A stretch of DNA of 41,592 nucleotides from a virus (lineage: Duplodnaviria > Caudoviricetes). The notes below the pieces were generated by a model, which saw only the letters and a program-made list of their open reading frames with translations, had not been told where the DNA came from and did not search any database. The DNA lies in IMG/VR virus record IMGVR_UViG_3300009566_000045, positions 1 to 41,592 of that record; one strand, 5' to 3'. Position 1 is the first letter of the stretch. The number at the start of each line of letters is the position of its first letter. The position numbers were made by a program, and so were the translations under genes. Of the stretch, positions 26,760 to 35,929 are shown in pieces.

Positions 26760-26929
26760 CACACACCTCCCTTCGATTTGCGCGGTCTTGGCCGGACGTC
26801 CCGGTTGTCCTGGCGGATGAGCATCCGCACATACGCAGAAATGCTGAGACCAAGGCTCTCGGCCTTCTCCTCCGCCATGCGCTTCGTCTCCGGATCCATC
26901 CGGACGGCCAGAAGCAGCGTCTTCTTCAT
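26759..26929 (-). CDS. 56-aa ribbon-helix-helix DNA-binding protein
   Basis: Manual translation MKKTLLLAVRMDPETKRMAEEKAESLGLSISAYVRMLIRQ...: a beta-strand plus two helices with G.S.S.YVR; too short for the ORF track. Confidence 0.75.
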   Translation of the reverse strand: MKKTLLLAVRMDPETKRMAEEKAESLGLSISAYVRMLIRQDNRDVRPRPRKSKGGV

Positions 26930-26936
26930 GGCTCAA

Positions 26937-26970
26937 ATGGTAAGCGTTTGTATGTTGTTTGTCAATACAA
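26937..26970 (-). promoter_or_regulatory. Sigma70 promoter with overlapping inverted-repeat operator; likely leaderless transcript
   Basis: TTGACA (26965-26960)-N17-TACCAT (26942-26937), ATG 7 nt further on; inverted repeat TTGTAT-N11-ATACAA (26948-26970). Confidence 0.7.
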
Positions 26971-26986
26971 AAAGGGAGGCCGCCGG

Positions 26987-27430
26987 ATGATCCGGATCAC
27001 CCTCCAGGACCTGGGCGCCCAGGACATGGTGGCCCGTCTGGCCAAGCGGGCGGGGGACTTGTCGCCCGTCATGCGGCGGATCGCCGGGATCCTCCACGAC
27101 GCCGTGGAGGAGAATTTCGAGCGCCAGGGGCGGCCCGCCTGGGTTCCCCTGAAGCCCCGGACGATCCGGCAGCGGGCCAAGTTCGGCTACTGGCCCGGGA
27201 AGATCCTGCAACGACGCGGCGAGCTGGCCGCCTCCATCAGCCGGAAGTACGACGCCCGGAGCGCCGCGGTGGGAACCAACCGGATCTATGCGGCCATTCA
27301 CCAGTTCGGAGGCCAGGCCGGCCGGGGGCGGAAGGTGACGATCCCCGCGCGGCCCTTCCTCGCCGTCACGGACCAGGACCTGGGCGAGATCGCGACGGCC
27401 ATCCAGAACTATCTGACGAAAGGGGTGTGA
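26987..27430 (+). CDS. Mu gpG-like virion morphogenesis protein
   Basis: W.PLKP.T, L...G.L..SI, VGTN..YAAIHQFGG, IPARPFL. Confidence 0.92.
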   Translation: MIRITLQDLGAQDMVARLAKRAGDLSPVMRRIAGILHDAVEENFERQGRPAWVPLKPRTIRQRAKFGYWPGKILQRRGELAASISRKYDARSAAVGTNRIYAAIHQFGGQAGRGRKVTIPARPFLAVTDQDLGEIATAIQNYLTKGV

Positions 27431-27432
27431 CC

Positions 27433-28539
27433 ATGCCCGAATTCAAGGGTTTCAGCGACTGGATTCCCATCTTCCGGGGCGGCCGGCAGGTGGACGCAAG
27501 CGGCCGGGAGCACGACGGGGATGCCCTGATCGAGAACGCTGTATCGACCTTCGATGCATCGAAACACGAGCCGCCGATCGTCATTGGCCATCCGGCGGAC
27601 AACACCCCCGCCTTCGGCTGGGTCTCCGAGCTCAAGAAACAGGGCGACTTGCTCCTGGCCAAGTTCAAGCAGGTGCAGCCGGAGTTCGAGGATATGGTCC
27701 GGCGGGGGCTCTTCAAAAAGCGGTCGGCGGCCTTCTACAACGACGGGACGCTCCGCCACGTGGGGTTCCTCGGGGCCATGCCGCCGGCAGTCAAGGGCCT
27801 GGCCGATGTGGCCTTCTCTGAAGGGGAAGCCGCATCCTTCGAGTTCGGCGAGGATATCCGTGCAGCGCCGGCCGAGGCGGACCTGAAGTCGACGATAGCA
27901 ACCCAATCCGACCCAAGGAAGGAGGAGAAAAGCATGCAGTTCAAGGAATTCATTCAGAAGCTCAAGGACCTGCTCACCGGCATCGAGGGCCAGGTCACGG
28001 ACCCGCCCGCGGGGAAGGCCTTCTCCGAGGCGGACCTCGAGACGGCTCGAAAGCAGGCTGCGGAGGAAGCGGCAAAGGCAGAGCGGGACAAGGTGACCGC
28101 GGAATTCGCCGAAAAGGAGCGCACGGCGCGCCAGGCGGCCCGTAAAGCGGAGATCTCCGGCTGGTGTGAGTCGATGATCAAGGCGGGGAAGATGACGCCC
28201 GCAATGGTCAAGTTCGGAGTGCCCGACATGATGCTCGCCTTTGCCGGCATGGAGGGCGAGATCGAGTTCGACGAGGGGGACGGCAAGGTCAAGGCCACCC
28301 TTTTCGACCGGTTCAAGGGCCTCTTCGAGACGGAACTCCCCAAGGTGGTCGAGTTCAAGGAGATCGCCACCCGGGACAAGGACACGGGGGGCAAGGGAGA
28401 TGCGGGGCCGCGGCTCGAAGCCCTCGTCGCCAAAAAGATGGAGGCGGACAAGAACCTGACCTACAGCGCGGCCTTCGCCGAGGTCCAGCGGGAGAACCCC
28501 GATCTGGCCCGGGAATATATCCAGGAGATCGGCGGCTGA
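27433..28539 (+). CDS. Prohead protease/scaffold (Mu gpI/Z-like)
   Basis: PIVIGHP...PAFGWV, FKKRS, LRHVGFLGA.PPAVKGL; coiled-coil C-terminal half with internal AAGGAGG-ATG at 27934. Confidence 0.88.
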   Translation: MPEFKGFSDWIPIFRGGRQVDASGREHDGDALIENAVSTFDASKHEPPIVIGHPADNTPAFGWVSELKKQGDLLLAKFKQVQPEFEDMVRRGLFKKRSAAFYNDGTLRHVGFLGAMPPAVKGLADVAFSEGEAASFEFGEDIRAAPAEADLKSTIATQSDPRKEEKSMQFKEFIQKLKDLLTGIEGQVTDPPAGKAFSEADLETARKQAAEEAAKAERDKVTAEFAEKERTARQAARKAEISGWCESMIKAGKMTPAMVKFGVPDMMLAFAGMEGEIEFDEGDGKVKATLFDRFKGLFETELPKVVEFKEIATRDKDTGGKGDAGPRLEALVAKKMEADKNLTYSAAFAEVQRENPDLAREYIQEIGG

Positions 28540-28564
28540 TCCGCCGGGAAAGGAGCATCGCAAC

Positions 28565-29329
28565 ATGGCATCGGAAAACAAGATTTTGGACCTTTCCTTC
28601 CCGGCGGCGGAGGACCTCTCCAACGACCAGTACCGGTTCGTGGTCCTCAATTCCAGCGAGCAGGTCCGCCGGCCCGACAGCGCCTCGGAGGTAGCCCTGG
28701 GCATCCTCCAGAACGCGCCGGTCGCCGGCGAGGCGGCGGCCGTTCGGCTCATCGGCCAGTCGAAGTTCCAGGCCAATGCGGCCCTCGGGGTCGGGACCTT
28801 CATCGGCCCGGAATACGTCTCCGCGACGGATGCCGGCAAGGCGCAGGACAACGCCGGGAGTCTGGCCTATGCCCGGGCCTTCGTGCTGGAGGCCACGGAC
28901 GGTGAGGACGAGCTTGGTTCCTGCCTGCTCCTGGGCATGGTGCCCGCCATCAACGACGCGGTGAAGCAGATCACGACGGTTGCTACGAAGAGCACTGCCG
29001 GGACCGTCACCTACTCGGCGGCGGAACTGGTGGGCGGCTTGATTCTTCGTGATCCCGCCGGCGCTGACCGGAGCGACGTCAGCCCCACGGCGGCTCAGAT
29101 CGTTGGAGCCGTGGCGGGGGCCATCGCAACGTCGAGCTTCGAGTTTGTCATCCGGAACACGGCTGACGCGGCAGAGACCATTACCCTGACAGCGGGCGCC
29201 GGCGTGACCCTGAACGGCACCATGACGATCGCCCAGAACAACTCGAAGCGGTTCCTGGCCGTCATCACCAATGCCGGTACCGGTACCGAGGCGGTCACGA
29301 TCTACAGCCTGGGGACCGCAGTCCACTAA
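28565..29329 (+). CDS. Head decoration/cement protein with C-terminal extension
   Basis: AAEDLS..QYRFV, LGILQNAP..GE.A.V..G pattern; lies between scaffold and capsid genes. Confidence 0.7.
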   Translation: MASENKILDLSFPAAEDLSNDQYRFVVLNSSEQVRRPDSASEVALGILQNAPVAGEAAAVRLIGQSKFQANAALGVGTFIGPEYVSATDAGKAQDNAGSLAYARAFVLEATDGEDELGSCLLLGMVPAINDAVKQITTVATKSTAGTVTYSAAELVGGLILRDPAGADRSDVSPTAAQIVGAVAGAIATSSFEFVIRNTADAAETITLTAGAGVTLNGTMTIAQNNSKRFLAVITNAGTGTEAVTIYSLGTAVH

Positions 29330-29398
29330 GAAACAGCAGCCCGCCTCCCGGAGCGGACCCCGGGGGGCCGGGCACCTCGATGAAAGGAGTGCAAAGAC

Positions 29399-30385
29399 AT
29401 GCCGCAGCCCAATGTGAAGGAGCAGCTCGTTGCGGGGCCCCTGCAGAACATTTCGATCCAGTTCCGCAACGAAGAGTATATCGCCGACCGCGTCTTCCCC
29501 ATCCTGGACGGCGCGGACCCGAAGGCGAAGATCACCATCTACAGCAAGGCGGATTGGTTCCGGGACGAGGCGGGGATCCGCACAGCGGGAACCCGGGCGA
29601 AGCGGGGCGGATACAAGCTGGACGACGTGTCCTTCTCGACCAAGGAATATGCCTTCGCCAAGGAGGTGACCGACGAGGATCGGCGGTTCGCCAAATCCAA
29701 GAACGCGCCCCCTCTCCAGCCGGACCAGGACGCGATCGAGTTCGCCACCGACAAGGTCGACCTCAAGAAGGAAATCCGCACCGGTGAACTGATCACGACC
29801 GGAACCTGGTGCGACGGCAACGTCGGCGGCGAGGATGCGGAAGGACTCTGGTCGCCCGCCGGGGCCACCAACACCTTCCTGGCCGATATCACGAAGGCCC
29901 GGAAGGCGATCAAGGCCAAGACGGGCAAGAACGCCAACGTACTGGTCCTGGATGAAGCCACCTACCTTGCCCTGAAGGAGTGCGAAGCCATCCTGGAGAA
30001 GATCAAGTACACCCAGCGAGCGGTGTACGGCACCGATCTTCTGGCCGCGCTCCTGGAGCTCGACGAGGTGCTGGTCGGAAAGGCCATCAAGAACACGGCC
30101 AAGGAGACCAAGACCGGGACAGAGTTCACGGGCGTCAACATCTGGGAAGTGAATGCCGGCAAGGGGATGGGATTCCTCTTCCACAAGCCGAAGAAGATCG
30201 GGCTCAAGACGGCAACGGCGGGCCTGCAGGTCCGGCTGGCTTATGAGGACGGCCAGCCGCGCCGGGTCACTACCTGGCGGGAACCGGCGGAGCACCAGGA
30301 CGTCTACGAAGCGGCGGAAGAGACCGACATCGTCGTGGTTCACGCCGATCTCGGCTACCTCTTCAAGGACACCTACGCAACCTGA
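29399..30385 (+). CDS. Major capsid protein
   Basis: L.NISI.F.N..YIADRVFP motif; size, strong RBS and position. Confidence 0.88.
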   Translation: MPQPNVKEQLVAGPLQNISIQFRNEEYIADRVFPILDGADPKAKITIYSKADWFRDEAGIRTAGTRAKRGGYKLDDVSFSTKEYAFAKEVTDEDRRFAKSKNAPPLQPDQDAIEFATDKVDLKKEIRTGELITTGTWCDGNVGGEDAEGLWSPAGATNTFLADITKARKAIKAKTGKNANVLVLDEATYLALKECEAILEKIKYTQRAVYGTDLLAALLELDEVLVGKAIKNTAKETKTGTEFTGVNIWEVNAGKGMGFLFHKPKKIGLKTATAGLQVRLAYEDGQPRRVTTWREPAEHQDVYEAAEETDIVVVHADLGYLFKDTYAT

Positions 30386-30393
30386 TGAAACCC

Positions 30394-30425
30394 GGGCCGG
30401 AGGCGGAATCGCCCGCCTCCGGCTC
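30394..30425 (+). other. GC-rich hairpin after the capsid gene (terminator or stability element)
   Basis: GGGCCGGAGGCGG-AATCGC-CCGCCTCCGGCTC; no U-tract. Confidence 0.45.
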
Positions 30426-30441
30426 TCCGAAAGGGTAAGAC

Positions 30442-30897
30442 ATGGCCTACAGCATCCAGACCGACATCGAGGAACAGGTATCCCCGGCGGAATTGATCGA
30501 GCTCACCGACGACAGCGGCACCGGAGCCGTCGATCCCTCTGCCGTGACCCGGGCAATCGCCGACGCCGACGCGGAGATCGACGGGTACTGCGGGGCTCGC
30601 TACACGGTCCCTTTCTCGCCCGCGCCGGCCATGATCCGCAAGCTCTCCGTGGACATCGCCGTCTACAACCTGTTCTCCCGCCGGTCGAACCTCAAAATGC
30701 CCGAGGAGCGGCAGAAGCGCTACGACAACACCGTCCGGTTCCTCCGGGACGTCTCCCGGGGTCTTATTTCCCTGGGAGCCGACGCCCCGGCGGAGCCGGA
30801 CAGCGGGCTTCCCAGGGCCTCGACGGACCGGGACGACCGGATCTTCACCACGGGCAGGCCTTCCGCCGGCACGGCGGGAAGCCTGGACAACTACTGA
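30442..30897 (+). CDS. Mu gp36-like (DUF1320) head-tail connector
   Basis: LIELTD...AIADA.AEIDGY...RY.VP...DIAVY.L. Confidence 0.9.
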   Translation: MAYSIQTDIEEQVSPAELIELTDDSGTGAVDPSAVTRAIADADAEIDGYCGARYTVPFSPAPAMIRKLSVDIAVYNLFSRRSNLKMPEERQKRYDNTVRFLRDVSRGLISLGADAPAEPDSGLPRASTDRDDRIFTTGRPSAGTAGSLDNY

Positions 30898-30910
30898 AGG
30901 CGGCAGGGGC

Positions 30911-31405
30911 ATGTACACCATCGAACAGATCGAAGACGCCATCACCGCAAGACTGGCCCCGCTGAAGGTCAGCTACGAGGTTACGGAGACGGATCCGCCC
31001 GCTGTCTGGCGGACGGTGCGCACGATCAAGAGCTACCAGGGTGAACTGGACGACGAGGATGCGATCGCCCGGGCGACCAAGCTCTTTCCTGCGATCCTCG
31101 TCGTCTACGGAGGTTCCGAGTACACCTCCCACGGAGCCCGCAAGGTGGAGAAGATGCGGTTCCACCTCTTCGTCTGCGATCGGAGCCTGCGGGCCGAGGA
31201 CGAGGCCCGGCGGGGCGGTGCCGGGAACCCCGGCGTCTATGCCCTGTTGAACGGGACCCGGGATCTCCTGGTGGGGCAAAGACTGTCCCTGGAGATCTTT
31301 CCCTTTGAACTGCTCCGGGAAGAGGCCGTCTGGTTCGGCAAGGGGATCTCGATTTACGGCGCCCTGTACGAAACGGCCCAGCCGCTCCTGTACCCGGGCG
31401 GATAG
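30911..31405 (+). CDS. Mu gp37-like (DUF1834) protein
   Basis: IEQIEDAI..RL, SY.GEL, PA..V.Y.G, G.Y.LL. Confidence 0.8.
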   Translation: MYTIEQIEDAITARLAPLKVSYEVTETDPPAVWRTVRTIKSYQGELDDEDAIARATKLFPAILVVYGGSEYTSHGARKVEKMRFHLFVCDRSLRAEDEARRGGAGNPGVYALLNGTRDLLVGQRLSLEIFPFELLREEAVWFGKGISIYGALYETAQPLLYPGG

Positions 31406-31419
31406 AAAGGAGGCTCGCG

Positions 31420-31578
31420 ATGCCGATGGAGGATCGCTGCAATACCGGAGAGACCCGCTGGTTTGATCGGGCGGGGAAGGAATTGACCGAATCGGAATAC
31501 CTGGAATCGTTGAAAGACCGGGAGAAGGAGGAAAGGGACAATGTTGAAAGCCCTGCTGCAGCTGGCAGCGAAAGTTGA
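31420..31578 (+). CDS. 52-aa hypothetical protein
   Basis: AAAGGAGG RBS; MPMEDRCNTGETRWFDRAGKELTESEYL...; overlaps the tube gene start. Confidence 0.5.
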   Translation: MPMEDRCNTGETRWFDRAGKELTESEYLESLKDREKEERDNVESPAAAGSES

Positions 31579-32464
31579 GGCAACGGAAGGGACGGCCGAG
31601 ACCCTGACGGGGGCGGAGGCCCTCCTGGTCATGAACCCGTCCTTCAAGCCCTCGATCGAGATGGGACCCCGGGACAACTACAGTTCCTCCCTGTCCCGCT
31701 GGGCCTCCGTGCCGGGCAAGCGTTCCGGCGTGATCGAGTTCGACGTGGAGCTCAAGGGTTCCGGGACGGCGGGAACGGCCCCGGCCCTGGGCAAGCTCCT
31801 GAAGGCCTGCGGGTTCGGCGAGACGGTCTCGGCAAGCACGTCCGTCACCTACAAGCCCGCTTCTTCGACCATCAGTTCCATGACCCTGGCCCTCTACTGG
31901 AACGGCGTCATCGAGAAGATCTGGGGAGCCCGCGGGGACGTGAGCCTGAAGCTGGAGGACGGGAAGCCCGGGATGCTCCACTTCACCTTCACGGGAGCCG
32001 ACTTCTCCGTGACCGACGGGGCCATGCTGACCTCGGGGGTCACTTACGAGTCGACCGTGCCGCCTGCCTTCCTGAACGCGGCCTTCCAGGTCGATTCCTA
32101 CGCCGCCCTGGTGGGGGCCCTGGAGTTCCGGATGGGCAACAAAGTTGCCCTCCGCCCTGACGCTAACTCTTCGAGTGGCCACAAAAGCGCCGTCATCACC
32201 GCCCGGGAGCCGGTCCTGTCGATGGATCCCGAGTTTGTGACCGTGGCCACCTATGACTTCTTCGGCAAGCTCCGGAGCGGGAATCTCGGCGCCCTCACGG
32301 CGGCCGTCGGGGCCACGGCGGGGAACATCTGCACCATCACGGCCCCGAAGGTCCAGTACACGAACGCTGCACCGGGCGACAAGGACGGGATCCTCTCCCT
32401 GGGCGTGGATTGCCTCCTCACCCGCAACGCCGGCGACGACGAGCTGTCGATCGTCTTCACCTGA
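31541..32464 (+). CDS. Tail tube / major tail protein
   Basis: AKVE.T.G, FDVELKGSGTAGTAP..G.LL.ACG; ends GDDEL.I.FT. Confidence 0.85.
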   Translation: MLKALLQLAAKVEATEGTAETLTGAEALLVMNPSFKPSIEMGPRDNYSSSLSRWASVPGKRSGVIEFDVELKGSGTAGTAPALGKLLKACGFGETVSASTSVTYKPASSTISSMTLALYWNGVIEKIWGARGDVSLKLEDGKPGMLHFTFTGADFSVTDGAMLTSGVTYESTVPPAFLNAAFQVDSYAALVGALEFRMGNKVALRPDANSSSGHKSAVITAREPVLSMDPEFVTVATYDFFGKLRSGNLGALTAAVGATAGNICTITAPKVQYTNAAPGDKDGILSLGVDCLLTRNAGDDELSIVFT

Positions 32465-32478
32465 TCGGAGTCCCTCGA

Positions 32479-32877
32479 ATGGAAAAGACCTACGAGATTA
32501 ACGGGAAAACCTACGTTCAGCGCCCCCTGGTTCTTGGCCAGGCAGCCCAGCTCCTGGCCCTCCTCAAGGACGTGTCCCTCCCCGGGGAAGCGACGGCCCT
32601 GGGCCTGGTCGCAGCCCTGGGGGAGCGGATCCCCGAGGCCCTGGCCATCATCCTGACCGAGGCGGGGACCAGCCCCCGAGACAAGAACCGGACCGCTCTG
32701 GCGGAGGAACTTTCCTTCTTCCTGCAGCCCGAGACGGCCCTGGAGGCAGTGGACCATTTTTTCGAACTGAACCCCCTCTCTTCCTGGCTCAACCGGCTGG
32801 CGGAGCTGATGAACCGGATCGGGACGGGGATGAAATCGATGGCGACGCCTGGCTCGACGAGCTCTGCGTCCTCCTGA
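32479..32877 (+). CDS. Tail assembly chaperone (G-like)
   Basis: Between tube and tape measure genes; contains the slippery heptamer T-TTT-TTC. Confidence 0.8.
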   Translation: MEKTYEINGKTYVQRPLVLGQAAQLLALLKDVSLPGEATALGLVAALGERIPEALAIILTEAGTSPRDKNRTALAEELSFFLQPETALEAVDHFFELNPLSSWLNRLAELMNRIGTGMKSMATPGSTSSASS

Positions 32878-33113
32878 CCGCCGGGGATATCACCCGCCGC
32901 GATCGCGTGATCTGGGAAGTCACCCTGCGGGACGCGGCGGGCTGGGCCAAGGCCGCCCTGAGACAGCGTTACGAATGGATGGAATGGATCGCCGGCGCCC
33001 TAGGCGGGAAGAAGAAGCGGAAAGGGAAGGAATCCAAAGAAAAACGATGCCGGAACCCCCTGGTCTGCAAGATCTGCCGGAAACCCTGTTCGAGCCGACT
33101 GACGGTTCACTGA
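32757..33113 (+). CDS. -1 frameshift extension (GT-like) of the tail chaperone
   Basis: T TTT TTC at 32757-32763; the -1 frame stays open (RTEPPLFL...WLDELCVLLTAGDITRRDRVIWEVTL...) to 33113. Confidence 0.8.
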   Translation, partial: FFRTEPPLFLAQPAGGADEPDRDGDEIDGDAWLDELCVLLTAGDITRRDRVIWEVTLRDAAGWAKAALRQRYEWMEWIAGALGGKKKRKGKESKEKRCRNPLVCKICRKPCSSRLTVH

Positions 33114-33117
33114 GGCT

Positions 33118-35589
33118 ATGAGCGATACCCGGATCCAGCTGATCATTGAGGCCGTCGACAAAGTCGATGACGCCTTCAATGGCCTGAAGCGGCACCTGAA
33201 GGACTCTCAGGTCGAGACGGAGCGGCTGAATGCCAAGTCGACTGACCTGACGTCCAGCATCGGGCGCCTGGTGGCCTCTTTTGTCAGTCTTGCGTCCGCC
33301 CTGGCGGCTGTCAAGAGCGGCATCTCCTACCTCTCCCGGATCGAAACGGCTACCCTCGGGATCGCCTCCGCCTTCATGACCGGCGGCAAGTACATTGACG
33401 AGACGAGCCGGAAGGCCCTGGCTGCCGAGGATGCCCTCAAGGCCGCCCAGGGAGACGCCCGGCAGATCATCGAGGAGCTGCAGTACGCCAACCTGCAGAC
33501 GATCGCCACCCTCGACGAGCTGGTGAACGCCTACCAGGTGACCCTCCCCGTCGCCCTGGCCAAGGGATTCGACCGGCAGCAGGTGAAGGAATTTACCGTA
33601 GCGATGGTGCAGGCCGCCGGCGCCATCGGGCTCCAGATGAACCAGCTGGGCGAGGAGACGCGGTCTCTCCTGACGGCGGCCATCGATCCCCGGAACAGCC
33701 GGATCGCCACGGTCCTGGGGATCCGGAACGAGGATATCAATCAGTTCAAGGGCGACGCGGAAGGCCTGTTCAATTTTCTGATGGACAAGCTCGCGGCCTA
33801 CCGCGTGGCCGGCGTCGAGGCCCAGAACACCTGGGCGGGTCTCTGGTCCAATTTCAAGGACATCCTGTCACAGTCCCTGGGCAAGGGCATCGAGCCCCTC
33901 TTCGACGCCCTGAAAGCCGAACTGAAGTCCTTGGCCGACTCCATTGTGGTCATCGACGACAAGGCCAAGAAGATCCGCTGGAACCCGGAGTTTCTGGAAG
34001 GGGTCGAACGATTCCGGGAAGGACTTCGGGACTGCATTGCCGAGGTCTACCGCCTGGGGATGCTCCTGGACAAGATGGGCGGATCCTTTGCCGCCCTGAT
34101 GCATAACGTCACCCTCGCGGATCTGACCGGCAGCGATCGTTGGGCCAAGATGAACGACGAGTACCGGACCCGCTACATGGCCACCGAGAAGGCCCTGCAG
34201 GACATGGCCATGCGGTCGATGGGCTGGAAGCCCATGACCGCGGAGATGGACAAGCGGATCCGGGAGGCGGTCCTGGAGGGGAAGAAGATTGCCGAGCAGA
34301 CCCAGATCCTGGTCGGCGGCGAGGAGCCGGGGACGAAACAGCTTCTCCGCTACTACCGGGAGTCCGGCTCCCGCAAGGGGACCGGGTGGGAATCCAATCC
34401 TGCGAAGCCGGATGTGGACAAGGGCGCCGAGAAGGCCAACCGCGCGGCGGAGTTGGAGGCCCTGAAGGAATCGAACCGGGCGCGCATTGAGGAGATGGAG
34501 CGGCAGGCGAAGGCGGAAGAAGCTCTCATGAAGTTCCACGGCTCGACCGCTCTTGCCATCGAGGAAAAGAACTGGTCCTCCCGCATCAACGTCGCCTGGG
34601 AGAAGTACTACAGCGAACTCGTCGAGATCGAGAAGGAAGCGGACAACAAGGCCAAGGAGCACAAAGGGTTCGACCGCGAGAAGTTTGTTTCCGAGAAGAG
34701 CGAGGCCGCGGGGAAGAAGTTTGAGGCGGACTACGGCCCCCTTCTGGAGGAACGGAAGCTCCTGGACCTGAAGGCGGCGGAGCAACGCCGGTTGATGGCG
34801 TCGGCGGAGATCCAGTGGGACCGGAAGGTCGCCCAGGAAACGATCCTGCAGGCTCGAACCAAAGAAGGAGAGATCACGGCCATCAGCGCCGAGGCCTGGC
34901 AGAAGCGCCAGGAATTCCACCGCCTGACCGGCCAGGAGACCCAGGAAACGGATGCGGAGATCATCCAGTCCCTGGTCGACCAGTACAAGACGACCTACGT
35001 GGGAGGCGTAAAGGCGGCCCTCCTGGAGGTCCAGGATGCCGCCGAAGACGTCGGCCGCCAGATGCAGGAGGCCACGAAAAACGCCTTCAGCAGCATGACC
35101 GACACCCTGGCCGAGTTTGTCGTCACCGGGAAGGCGAATTTTACCGACCTGGTCAACTCGATCCTGAAGGACATCGCCCGGATCGTGATCCGCCAGACCA
35201 TCACGGCGCCCCTGGCCAGTTTCCTTCAGAGCGGCCTGAGTGCCCTGTTTCCGGCCCATCATGAGGGCGGACTCGTGGGCGCTACACCCCCGAGTTCCTG
35301 GCGCATTGTCCCCGCGGGAATCATGGCCGGGGCCCCGCGCTTCCACGAGGGTCTTCTCCCCGACGAGTACCCGGCGATCCTCCAGAAGGGCGAGATCGTC
35401 CTCCGCAAGGGGACCCCGGTGGTCTCCGGATCCGGGGATGTTTCGGTCCGGATCATCAACGAATCCGGCCAGAAGATGCAGATCAAGAACAGCGAGGCGT
35501 CGTTCAACGGCCAGGAAATGATCGTCACGGTCTGGCTCGACGCCTTCCAGCGGAACGCCTTCGGGCTCCGCTCGGCCCTGGGAGGATGA
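33118..35589 (+). CDS. Tape measure protein
   Basis: 823 aa, helical; I.LIIEAVD start; lambda-type C-terminus (FV.TGK.NF.DL..SIL.D; HEGG; PAILQKGE.VL). Confidence 0.92.
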   Translation: MSDTRIQLIIEAVDKVDDAFNGLKRHLKDSQVETERLNAKSTDLTSSIGRLVASFVSLASALAAVKSGISYLSRIETATLGIASAFMTGGKYIDETSRKALAAEDALKAAQGDARQIIEELQYANLQTIATLDELVNAYQVTLPVALAKGFDRQQVKEFTVAMVQAAGAIGLQMNQLGEETRSLLTAAIDPRNSRIATVLGIRNEDINQFKGDAEGLFNFLMDKLAAYRVAGVEAQNTWAGLWSNFKDILSQSLGKGIEPLFDALKAELKSLADSIVVIDDKAKKIRWNPEFLEGVERFREGLRDCIAEVYRLGMLLDKMGGSFAALMHNVTLADLTGSDRWAKMNDEYRTRYMATEKALQDMAMRSMGWKPMTAEMDKRIREAVLEGKKIAEQTQILVGGEEPGTKQLLRYYRESGSRKGTGWESNPAKPDVDKGAEKANRAAELEALKESNRARIEEMERQAKAEEALMKFHGSTALAIEEKNWSSRINVAWEKYYSELVEIEKEADNKAKEHKGFDREKFVSEKSEAAGKKFEADYGPLLEERKLLDLKAAEQRRLMASAEIQWDRKVAQETILQARTKEGEITAISAEAWQKRQEFHRLTGQETQETDAEIIQSLVDQYKTTYVGGVKAALLEVQDAAEDVGRQMQEATKNAFSSMTDTLAEFVVTGKANFTDLVNSILKDIARIVIRQTITAPLASFLQSGLSALFPAHHEGGLVGATPPSSWRIVPAGIMAGAPRFHEGLLPDEYPAILQKGEIVLRKGTPVVSGSGDVSVRIINESGQKMQIKNSEASFNGQEMIVTVWLDAFQRNAFGLRSALGG

Positions 35590-35593
35590 TGCC

Positions 35594-35929
35594 GTGGCAA
35601 ACTGGCCCTCCATCGCCAACCCCGACTTCGGGTTCCGGGAAACGGTCTACAAGCCGCAGATCCGCCAGGAGTCCGAGGCGAACTACGTCCAGAGCCGGCC
35701 CCGGTCGACCCGGGCGGTGAAGCGCTGGGAGCTGACCTGGTCGCTCCTGTCCGAAGCGGACTACCAGACGCTGCTCACCTTCTTCACGACCTACCAGGGC
35801 AGCTCCTTCGTCTGGATCCATCCCGTGAGCGCTGTTTCCTATACCTGCCGCTTCTCGGCGGACACCCTGGAATCCGAGATCATGACGGCGGGTTGGCGGA
35901 AGGTCACCTGCCCGATCGAGGAGCTGTAA
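35594..35929 (+). CDS. Distal tail protein (lambda gpM-like)
   Basis: Size; W.LTW..L...FF....F.W.HP; position. Confidence 0.75.
   Translation: MANWPSIANPDFGFRETVYKPQIRQESEANYVQSRPRSTRAVKRWELTWSLLSEADYQTLLTFFTTYQGSSFVWIHPVSAVSYTCRFSADTLESEIMTAGWRKVTCPIEEL

Noticed and set aside
26454-26936. 160-aa version of the MWIFT gene
   Set aside because: The upstream extension overlaps the RHH gene in another frame. The RBS and TGATG coupling support the start at 26759.
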